From Catajapyx aquilonaris (Eukaryota): a stretch of DNA of 64,000 nucleotides. The translations under genes were made by a program, and so were the position numbers. Below, one piece after another: positions 1-11,502 of the stretch. Numbering within the stretch: position 1 is the first letter of the stretch; every line of letters starts with the position of its first letter. The notes beneath the pieces were generated by a model that was not told where the DNA came from, did no database searches, and saw only the letters and a program-made list of their open reading frames with translations. Where the stretch lies: contig KZ538068.1 of the NCBI GenBank assembly GCA_000934665.2, positions 62,001 through 126,000 on the forward strand, given 5' to 3'.

Positions 1-2733
1 CTCAGGGCAGGCCCCAAAATCGATGCAACGAAGCAGTCTAAACGTCTTAAAATAAACCTCCCATCAAGACCTGCGAATTGAACCGGATATCCTCAGAGAC
101 AATAAATTAGTCGTTACAGTTGATTCAAGTCTGTTCACGTCAATTTCTCCCCCCAATTTTCCCGATCTCAATTAGAAAAAAAACTTGATTTGACAAGAAA
201 GCACGTCAGCCCGATAGGGGTTCTTCGAAGCAATTGGCCACGACTTTCAACCAGCTTTGGGCCTCTTGTTGGAAATGCAAACAGACAGCCAACTCTGATT
301 GCCAATTACGTCCTCCGATTGTTGCCAGATATTCTAATGGGGCGTATAATACCATTTGAATTCGGCATTTTTTCTGTGTGGGGTTGGTGGTACATCACGC
401 TTGGTGGTAACTGTTGCCCCCTCTAGAGTCCGGATAAGAAGCACCATTCACAGCACGTGCCTTTTCCTTCGAGCGAAATTTTAGTCGCCAACTTGGTTCT
501 TCCTCCGTAGCCCCCCTAGAAGTAAAGCTCCATCTGAGAGGTCGTCTGGGTCTGCTCAGCACGTCCAAACCCCAGTAACATTGTTAGGAAATTTACGCTG
601 CTTCTGTCTTTGGAGTTTTGCACGCGGACCCCTCCCACCATGTCCCAATTCTCTCATTTCGTTGTCTTTCAGAGCCTGCCTGCAAACTCCCGAACCCCAC
701 TTTCCTGCAGAATGACTGCAGCCTTCCATCTGATGGAAGAATAAAAAGGCTCCAATTCGCCTAATCCAATCCAAACGCTACTACGTGTACTACCGTTTCT
801 ATACCCTATACTGCTGGCCTATAGATCTGCTGCTTTTTGAAGGAGGGATGTTCCAACATAGCTTAGAACAGCAGTAGAATGAATCGTTCTCTAAGAAAAT
901 AATTATTTTATTTGCGAATTTGCAGAAGAAAACACTATATTACACAATATCGCTGAAAATTTCTGGATAACTTCAGGCAGTTTGCCGATAGGTGGTGGGG
1001 TAATCGCATAAAGCGCCCTCTTCCAGCCAGACCTCCGAACTAACGGTAAGGCAATCATTTCCGCGTTTTTGGATCATTGATTGTAGGATACAAAAGTGTC
1101 GAAGAGTTCCACCCTTCCGTTTCCAAACTGCACCCTTTCCTGTGCGAGGTTGGTCAAGCGGTTCTTATCTGTCAGTCACAGTCATTGCCGCCGAAAAACA
1201 ATGGGAAACCCCGAACCGGTGTCAATGGTCTTGGGAAAATGGCTTCTTCCACTGGGTGGAACTCTGAATCGTGACAAATTCTTCTTATATTCAACCTCGA
1301 TTTCAATTGCGTGTAACTGTTGCTGTGATTTATAATCGTTTGTTTTTATACAGGTGAGGCCAAGGTTGCGCACCTGAGGAAAAGTAGCATTTACGCTTGA
1401 TCGGCATACAAATGACGTCATGTGCATAAGGTCATGAACGTGACACTCTGACGCGCCTGGACAAACACCTACATTATTTATGCTATTATAAACATGCCAA
1501 AAAAGGACATATTAGTCATTAAAAGAAACCTTGCTTATTTCCTGTATGTAGTTGGCGTATTGCGTTATTTACACCACCATGTTCTGCTCTATCACCTAGT
1601 GAAGTCCATTTAGTTCATATGATTTTATGCATTACATGAATTTTTTCTTCATGCTTTTGGCTACTTATATGCATACACTTGGCCCCGTTTCAAAAACAAT
1701 CCGCAAGAACACTGCCAGCCTCTCATTACTTTAGTCTCCAAATCCGTGTAGGTACCTCCCATCCCCTTAAATCCTAAACAGTACTTTGGAGACCAAGCAG
1801 ACATGGGGTGGGAGTCGACAAACGACTCCAAGTCTCCTGATTTAATTTAACGCCACAATTCATTTCGATTTTTGAGATAATTGGGCTAATTATCTGAAGA
1901 AACCCCCGCCATAAACTTTGAGGACCCTTCTGCGTCCTCTACTACAACTCCGGGCCATCATCCCCGCGTTGCCAAATTCAGGCTAAATACACAGGACCCA
2001 GCATTGATCTGGGACCAAGCTGGCAAAGTGGTGGGAGGCGGGGGAGGAAGCGCCCCCACCCCCCCTTTTTTTTAAAAAAAGTGGGGAGACGTAAAATGTG
2101 AATTATACAGACGCCGGTGGATCCAACTAGTTTTTCCTTCTCCGATTTCATTCCTGTCACTTTCGCCCAATTTATGGGATGGTTCGAATCTTTCAAGTGG
2201 CTCTCTTTGCTGGAATGACACAGTCAAGTAGCGATTACTGGGAAGCGCCCGCCTCTATAGTGTCACCGCCACCGGTCGGTACAACGGGCAAAATTGCGTT
2301 TTGGGGACAGTTGGATGCAACGACCTGGGAAAATAAATGGTGTTGCGAGTGGTGGTAGCAGCAAGGCGGAAGGTGCTCGCCATTTTGAGATTTGCACGAT
2401 TTGGATGTTCAAGTGCTGAACCGTGGAGTGTGTCAGGACAGATTATAACAGTCGTCATGAAAATGAAGGTCTTGCCACCATGTTTCTGAGCAAAGCAGAT
2501 TAATGCAGGGGAAGTGGATTAGGAGTTGTGGATGCTTAGGGGACTTAGAGTGGTATAAATACTTCATATGGTAAAGTTTGTTTCTTGGTAGGGGATGCGA
2601 AATCTCTCTGCTGGATTCTTTGCTCAGAATATTTTAGTGAGACAACAATAAAATATGGAAGCAGTTTCACTTTGATCGTTTGGGAGAGGATATTATGAGA
2701 GTGTCATATTTGTATGCCTATTATTATATTATA

Positions 2734-2954
2734 CCAGGATGTTCCAAGTTCGTGGGTCGTTTTTTAGTTATTTTTGTGTAGCTTGTTGTGCCCCGATCCA
2801 TGGTGCCTCAGTAGGCTATACTATCAGGTGGTTGAAGGTAGCAGTTAGTAGAATAGGACAACTGTGAATCTGTGATTAGGGGCACGACAAGCTACAAAAA
2901 ATAACAGCTTTCAGAGAAATTTCCTATATAACATGACGAACTTGGAACACCCTG
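2734..2954. mobile_element. Tc1/mariner-type MITE, family A, copy 1
   Basis: Ends TA-CCAGGATGTTCCAAGTTCGT ... ACGAACTTGGAACACCCTG-TA, with an internal inverted pair TGTAGCTTGTTGTGCCCC / GGGGCACGACAAGCTACA. Same structure as 36534-36759. No ORF. Confidence 0.85.
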
Positions 2955-5900
2955 TATTGAAAATATTGGTTTAAAATTTATTCGATAATTTTCACAATTC
3001 TTAAATTTTGTATGTATAACTCAAATAAGTTTTTTTTGCGTGCATTTGAAATTATGCAGTTTGAATATATGTGACAACAAAATGCAGTACTTTGGATATA
3101 AAATATTGGATTGCCTTTTTTATGCCTTACATTCAGTTGTGCCGCATATTGCACTGATGGCATTACAAAAATGCCAGCTATGAACATCCAGTACTGAATT
3201 ATTATTTGGAGCTAACTGTTGTGGTCTGCCATATCAGCTGAGTGCAAAAGTCCAATTCAATTTGCTTCACACTTTGGTGCACGTATTCCACTTTATGGAA
3301 TATCCAACTCGTCGGTTGTATGCGTGCAGCCAATACTCATTATGACGTGCGTGCGCGGTTTCAGTCCACCGGGACTCAAAATGATGTAGGTAATATATAC
3401 AAATGTACCCCAGCACAAATTATCGACTCATTATCTTTTATAAGCTTGTTTGGCTACGAACATAACCTGCCATGTTCAATCGTTTCAAATTCTTGCTCCA
3501 CAAATCATATGTGGATTGACGTTACGTTACGTTACGTCTATACCGACCAATATTTTGAAATAGTGAAAGGCGACACTTTAGGGCAGTTGTCACTTTTATG
3601 GGTACGTTTCAGCTGACAAATTTTCTGGAACCGAACCTAAGTGCTGAGACATCCAAAAAACTTGAAATTGGCGGGTGTTTTGCCAGATCTTTTTGGACAC
3701 TACATTTTACCTCAATTGCCAGCAACATTGTAACATGTCAGCCCTCTTGTGGGGACAGACAGCAAGAATCCACGGTTACGACGTGCAGGCTGGCCACAAA
3801 TCAGGAAGTTGGGGTATGTTTTGGCAACAAGTGGAGCGTCTGCATTGCATTCTCTTGACTCCCCCTGTAGACATGTCCTCATTCTTACGCCGTTCACTTT
3901 GGCCAGCGTGGCGACCAAACACGATGCTCCAATGGAAGTAGGCCAAGCATATCCGAGAAAATAAGGGTTCCAAAAAAAGATTCCTCCATCACTTGGGTAA
4001 GCCTCGTGAGACACTCGCCAGGAGGCCTTCATTTATATACGGAAGAGAAAACTTTAGGTCTCATAAGTTACGACTCGAATTCAATCTTGTCAGAGTCGAA
4101 CCGTTGATTTTCATTTTCAACGACTATTTTACCTGATGTTGTTAATGAACTTTTGGCACACCCTACATGTAGGTCACTAGTTTTTTGCCAAGTGGCTATC
4201 AGTTATTTTTGCCACGACACCAACTATAAATTACTACTTGTCGAAGCTCAGATTTAGAACGAATCGATCACTGCAGCAGCATTTATATTTTCACTGCTTG
4301 GTTTTGGCCACCTTACGTAACCATGGTGTGGCAACAGGCTGCACGTCAACCAAGCCTACAAGTATTATGCATTCACGGTACCGCAATGGTAATCAAACCG
4401 CACTGCTAAATATAGAGAGCGCCTTATCTATGTCTAAGAGGAAGTTCACTCGCAGCGTTGCCTAATGGTGGCCAGCCTGACCTTATCCTTGACATAAAGT
4501 AGTGAAGTTGCACATTTCAAAGGTCAAGTAGACCTTGTAGCAATGTGATAACTCAAGAGCACAATGCTGACCAGGTGCATTTTTTTTGAAATTTCAGCTA
4601 ATATTGGTGCGACCTTTTTGTTGGATACAAAATAGGTAGCATATTCGTATTTTGTGTCATAAAAATGTCAGGGGTTTTGCAAATGCATCGACACGTGCAA
4701 GGCATAGTCTGAGGGCTTTTTCTTTTGCCTAGCCAGGGAGAAACTGATCCAACGCAACGTGCTCACCAGAATAATTAACTTACAGCACACAAAGCCCAGA
4801 CGGTATGGTCCGCGACTCCAGGCTCCAAATCTCATTTCACGCTTGTCACCTGTTTTGCCTGTCGCGTTTACACGTGAGAATTTTCCCTACAGATTTGCCC
4901 TCAAGATTTTTCTTTCCGCACTTTGTCAAGACCCTTGCACACCACCAGATGCTTGCTGTGGATTCCAGGCTTATCTTGCGTCTCTATCCGCCGCGGCCAA
5001 GGTATTGTCTTGCATGATCCTGAACGTTGGAACACACCTGATAGCGTGTGAGACAGATTCAGACCAAAGGGTGCGTCAAAATAGTCTGCCACTGGAGGAG
5101 TCTAAGGAATTTGTTGACACCCTTTGTCAAGATGAAATGTAATAAGGTGTGTGAGCGCTGCACACTCTTTGTTGTTTTCCAATTAGCAAGTGGAAAAAAT
5201 CAGACATTTTTCTTCCACTTAAGTGGAAGGGTAAATGAAAAGGACGTTCAGTTTACACAGATAATAGTTAGAAAGAAGTTTCACCTTACACTATGTTTAC
5301 GGATTTTCTACTTATGGAATAAATATGGAATAAATATAAGTATTTTCCACATTTGCAATGAGTACATGGAGGCTTTTAACAGGTTTTAAAGTGTGGATGT
5401 TTTTCCCACTTAGATGCTGCCAATTGAGGGGGAAATTTATTTTAAATAAAAATAATTACTTCTTCATATTCAAATTGACATTATTCACGTACTTGGTTTT
5501 TACATATTATTGAATGTAGATATGAATATCAGTAGGTTTGAAGCGGAAAAGGTGATTTATGAAAATAAGAGGAAAACGCTCAGTTTCAAGTAAAAAAGAT
5601 GTCACCTTAAAGTTCGTGAAATTAGTGACAAGTGTCATTAATCATTCTACTTATTTCAGCTGAAAATATCTGAGAGCGTATCTTCATCAACTTGAATAGA
5701 TAACTCTTGTCTTATAAAATCCTCATGACTCACTACTTCTTCCATTTCGTTGCATGCAATGAAAGCATCTTGGGTGGATGATGTCACCCACCATTCATCC
5801 AAGATGGCTTCCGTTTCAGGCAATAAAATCCTCCACATAGTTCTTTCCCACCCTGAATCATAGGCCTAGGATTTCCGACTCACCCTGTACCCAACTCTCA

Positions 5901-7092
5901 GTATTCTCCATCCCCCCTCCCTTCTAATCCAAGCAGAACAGTGTGGAAAAGCCAAAGACACACACAAGGGATCATCTTTCGGATGATGGATGGAACAGTC
6001 GCCGCATCTTCCGGCCAGAAACCCGCCTGGAAAACATAAGCCATTTCTTGCCAACCCAATAACACCCACGTATATAGTGTATACACACAGCATACACACC
6101 CACACACCCTTTTCCTAATGAACCAGGCTTTGACTCTCGGGGCATTGGGAGGTCATTATAAGCATCTCTCTCAGCAGTTTTCAGCGTGTTATTGCGACTT
6201 GCTACGGTCTAGGAAAGGCCATAAAACCAGTCTTTTGTAGGACATATGAAGTGCCCTGCCCCCATATACCTTGCCCCATACGGCCCATTGTTATCGTTTG
6301 AAAGTGAGCAACGGTCGTGGTGTTGTACAGTCTACGAATCATGACAGGTAAAAGGTATTTAATTTATAGGCTTACCGTTGCTGACTCTGCAATGGTGAAA
6401 CCACAATCTGAAAAGAAAATATTTGGTAAGACATGGAGGATTGTGCTGGTTGCATACCAGCCAGGACCTTTGGGGCCACCAGATAACCCCAACATTGTCT
6501 GCATTAATTCTGCTCACAAAAGCGGTGATTTCGGATCTAGGCGAAGAGCAGAGAGGTAAAACGTAAGCAACGTTATCTCATCCACTTTGCCACGTTACAG
6601 GCATAACCCGAGTTGAAGAGCGGGTTAGGTGACAGTGCCTATGATTCATTCCGGCCATAATCTAACCCTCATTTGCACTTGGTTAGGACATGACAGAGTA
6701 GTGGACAGGTAATTTATGAGCGGATCTCCCCCCCTTCCAAGTTCAGTCAACACGGAAGACACGCCTCTCCTGGAAATCGAGGTGGTATAACGTCGATGGA
6801 GGGAACCGAAACGCGTTGCGAGTGACCTTAAGGTCGGTGGCAGTTTCCTTAGCTTTTAATTGCTGGCAAGTGCTGAGTCAGGTACGAACCAGCAGAAATG
6901 GTCGTACGTGCCCAATGTTGCCTCCACTGCTTGAAATAATTGCGGCCGGTACGTGGCAAGAGGATGTCCCTTAGGGGTTGGAACATCTTTGGAGTTACAA
7001 TGCACGAACCTATCCTTTAATTACTGCAAGTTCAGGATAGAAAACGACGTTATTTCTGCCTTTCCGACTTGGGCCTAGGGCACATGATCCTA

Positions 7093-7207
7093 GGCCTTGC
7101 GAAGCGCCATCTTAGCTACCTTGCGAAGCGCCAACCAGCTGGGCCTTGCGAAGCGCCATCATGGGCCTTGCGAAGCGCCATCATGGGCCTTGCGAAGCGC
7201 CATCTTG
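7093..7207. repeat. Minisatellite, ~22-bp unit (GGCCTTGCGAAGCGCCATCATG), 5 copies
   Basis: Core CCTTGCGAAGCGCCA occurs 5 times; the period is 22 bp at 7142/7164/7186. Confidence 0.95.
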
Positions 7208-10154
7208 TGCCAACCGATGCAGAAATGGCAGGAAAATTACGAGGCACATAGATTCGAATTGATAGTTTGAACCAGGGCTGGGGAGGGGTAATTCGTGTGC
7301 TAATTTGATTACCTGAACCAGCCGACAGCCAGTGAACAATAAGCAATAAATCTGCGGGTTCAGGTTCCCGCCCCTCTCTCGACACATGGGTACACCTCTT
7401 TTCAAGGGACGTTGGTTGACAAAAAAAATCCTTTGTTGCCACCATGCCATCTCCGTGCCACCCAAAATGACACTGTCGACATCATCGCTCCCGCATTTCT
7501 ATTGTGAAAACCTGGGGAGTTAAAGCCTCGGTTGATTGTGTCGGGGCCACTCGCACCCGCCAGTTACGAGTGTTTTTGATAGTTAGGACACCCCCAACCC
7601 CGTCCCATGCATTAAATATGCAGACCGTGGTTATGATTATGCACATAAACAATCAATAGCGTGCAAATATTTGACAGCCTGCGACTTTGTAGGCAAATTT
7701 GGTAAAAATATGCGGTTTAACAGTTACGCACTTTACGTTATGCAATTAGGCATAATCGTATTTTCCTCCCAAAAAATTCAACTGTCCTTACCGTGGTCCC
7801 TACAGTGCCATTGAGCTGAAATGTGTACATTATTGGAAAATCCGTGTTTTACGAATTAATGAGAAGCGAGCTCAGTTTTTTCTGACCACCACCAGATTAC
7901 TCTCGGCTCATTTTAATTAGTTTAGGCAAATTATTTAACGTGACGGTTTCCCCCCCCCAAAAAACGGATAGCACAGGCGTGGAATTAATCCAATGCGGCT
8001 TCCATGGACACAATCAACAAGCGGATATACCAGCACCAAAATAAACAAGGCTCTGGCTGGGTGAGGGGCAAGAGGAACGACTAATTTCCTTACCAAGGTT
8101 AGGTTTCAAACCTAGTGCCAAAGCAACCCATGCATACAACCGGTTTCAAGACCCCCTTTATAGAACAGGTCATGGCTCGAAAAAGTCTACCCCAACCAGT
8201 TTTCTGATGCTGAAGGAGGATGATTCTGGAGCCACTTTCTCTCACGAAAGAATCCACACTTGTGGATGGTAGGGAGGGACATGTTGAGATGGTGGGGGGC
8301 AATGCAGTCGAGTTGCTTTCACGACCCGCTTCTAGGGGTAAGGACGCGAACATGAAAGGGAATAAAGTGGGTGAAGGGAAGAAAGGAATGATGAGGCGAA
8401 GGGAAAGGTCTCTCTTCTACCTTTGATCACAGCTAAGTGAAGGTGGGTCAAGTGAAGATCTGTCAGGAGTTGTCGAGATAAAAAAGCTATTCCCCCGATG
8501 GAATGGCTGGGGAAATGCCAAATGTAATTTGGACCATAACATGCACTTGCCATTACGCCAAAACCAGATTCGTAATAACAATTATAATAATTATATATCA
8601 CGCAATGTGAACACAAATGTGTTAAGCAGGGCATATTATTCGAATTGGCGACTGTTCAATAAAATGCAGCTGAAAAGTCAATAGCGTGTAATAATTAAAA
8701 AATTTTGCCAAAAAAATGCAAAACATTCATTTTTTCATGTAGCAGTTAGTCGAACAACTGCAATTCGTAATCCTTTGGGTATCGCTTGCATATTTACAGC
8801 TTGTAAAAATTGCTCTTTATTGGTGTTATCGGTAATCGATTACACGATCTAATTAACTTTAATGACTAGATTAACAGCTAAATTTACTCTGGTGGCATAT
8901 AAAGTCCTCTACAAAAAGTGAGTTTGGTCGCAGCTGGAGGTCAGCTCAATGTTGGTGGATACTACTTTCACCGTTACAACTTTATGGTTCGTGTTACTTC
9001 AAACTGTTAGATGTTCTTGCAAGAGCCAATCGCTCCAGCATCATCCTTACAATGACGAAATTCGTCCCAGTTTATTGTTATTGCCAGTTTCCGTATTATG
9101 GCAGCAGTAAAATTCATTACGAATGGAAATTGAGTTTTCCAGACGGCGAAGGGAAAGGCTACGGGCAATTAATGACCGTTAATTTCAAGTTGCCGGATGC
9201 CACAGTCAGTTCTGAGAGAATTTTGATGAGCTTCCCCTCTACATAGGACATGTTGACAAAATTACCAGTACCATGTATGTCGCAAAATGGGATCGATCGT
9301 CCGCAAAAAAAAAAAATCTTGAAAGTCAGCAAAGTGTGGAGGGCTATTAGAGGGGAGGACCTGCTTGTCTACCCTTTGTTAGTTGGAGAATCCGTCGCTG
9401 AAGCCACAAAAAAAGTCGCATTCCGGCCCCTTAAGTTATGCGTCTTAAGGTCAGCAAAAAAAAAGCCTGCAGATTTATACGTCACTTGAAAGGGGCGGAA
9501 CCCACATTCCAGTGTCATAGGAATTCTGATAAATTAATCCCCGGGTGCAAGTGCATGCCCGTTATAGCCCTGGGCTTTCATACACTCCTTATTAGCTAGA
9601 CGGCGTTAGATAAGGGGCGTTCAAGACCACTTACTTGGTCCAGCTTATTAACCCTGCGGTACTAGAGGTCCGCCAATCAGGATATAAGTGGACGTTCGTG
9701 ACCTAAGTGGTATGATACATACTTGGCTGTATGCAACAATGTGCGCAGTAAACCCCCGATTAGAAATCATGTTCTCATGACAGCATCAATCCCTCCCTTC
9801 CATGGCCTAAAAGTTGTGTTTCCACTTTGCAGTCCAGGAAGAGAGTTCTTCCCTGCTGATTCAGCTCTGCCAATGCAAAGCAGACTGCAGTCAGGGGGAT
9901 ATGAAGTCCCTGCTTTGGTAGCCAATTTCTCGTCTTCGGGGCGCCCTCTTATCTCAACTACTGTGGCCTAATGCGATCACCTCGATCGTTATCCCCCCTG
10001 GGGAAAAGGATCCCTTCCTTGCTGGTGTTGCTTGCCTTAAGATCATTCCAGTAAGCGCGTTTTGTTGGCAAAAAATTCGATCAGGTGCTGGGTAGGTGCA
10101 TAGGTGCGAGGTGGGTTGCCAGTATGGCAGGATAAGATTTCCAGCAAAATATAT

Positions 10155-10329
10155 TGTGTTTTTAAGACCACTAGATGGGGTTGGTGGCGAGTTGAGTCTT
10201 GCTACTAGATGGCGTGATGGCGGATCTGTACGTTGTAGCGAGTCGTGTGACAGCTTGAGTCGAGGCCACTAATAAACAGGTTGGGTGCAACCATACGGCC
10301 CATGAGTGACCATCAGGTCAGATCGTACA
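10155..10329 (+). mobile_element. Putative short solo LTR (diverged), related to 59121-59353
   Basis: TGT...ACA ends. Shares ordered motifs with 59121-59353: CACTAGATGG, AGTCGTG, AGGCCA..CTAATAAACAG (AATAAA 10271-10276), CCATRAGTGACC, GGTCAGA. No clean TSD. Confidence 0.5.
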
Positions 10330-11370
10330 ATTTCGAGAGCGAATTCTCTATTTTTTAGTTGGAAACATATCAGAGCTTCACTATCACCAGCAGATGGCGC
10401 GACTGATGCTCCACCAGCGATTTCTAGCCATCTGCTGCTACTAGTAGCAAGCTTGGACATTTGTACCCGCTTGTGGAGGTCGGTCAGTGCCGTATATATC
10501 CAGAGGACGCCTTCGGGGCCTTTGTGGTTATGAAAAATCTTTTCCAGGTTGTTGGCGGTGGGTTGTCCCGAAGCGATTGGTAGCCATCCACCATCCCAGC
10601 TCTATAACGCGGGCCAAGGTAGTTCAGCAAGGGCCAATTTCCCCGCAATAGCAGTGGCCATCCCCCGTCGCTAATGGAGCTACAAGAGCTACAAATTACA
10701 GAGGTGACATTTGACAGTTCCCGAGTCCCTATGGCCATACAAGGGGGTAGCAGGGTGTGGGTTTGCTGCTGCTGGATAGGGGGTGGGGGGTGGGGAGATC
10801 TCCCTTGTGCTCCAGCGTGGAAAAGAGCACACTCCACAAAGGAAAAGCCCCCGTCGTCCATGCTCATATTTCCCAGAAATGACCCATTTGGTCCTCAGGA
10901 TTCAATTTAATGTCCTGCAAACGGCCTTTGGAAGCACCTTGGTGGCCGGCGCAGTATTCCTGGCAAACCCATTGTCGAGGGTAATTTCCCGATGAGCTAG
11001 CTACCGTTACATAAAAAGAAGGCGGGGGGTTGACTCCTGAGGGGGTGGCTGGGACGTGGGTTGATGGCCTTTTTCCACCCCCATCCTTCCTCGATGGCAA
11101 TTCTCATGGTTGATCCTGGGTTGGATTTTTATTTTGCAGTCAAGGTCCGGTCGTTAGAATGACCCTACATGCATATTTTTAGGTATGATCGAGCCTATCA
11201 ACAAGCAAACTTAGGATAGATCCAATTGACTAATCAACGTCCAGAGAAGTTGGAGTGCTATAGGAGTTAGAAGAAGCTACAACCAATCGTATGGTCTGCG
11301 ATGAGTGATGTAATAAAGCAGTTTATATGGAAACTGTGTGTGACTCCTTTGTTGGATGTGTGGGACAAGG

Positions 11371-11502
11371 GGCTAGGCCTAGTGGGTGGCTAGCCCTAGT
11401 GGGTGGCTAGCCCTAGTGGGTGGCTAGCCCTAGTGGGTGGCTAGGCCTAATGGGTGGCTAGGCCTAGTGGGTGGCTGGGCCTAATGGGTGGCTGGGCCTA
11501 GT
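11371..11502. repeat. Minisatellite, 17-bp unit (GGCTAGSCCTAGTGGGT), ~7.8 copies
   Basis: Direct tandem repeat with period 17, read from the sequence. Confidence 0.97.

Noticed and set aside
9649..9666. TTAACCCT piggyBac-like terminus
   Set aside because: No matching inverted partner end was found nearby.
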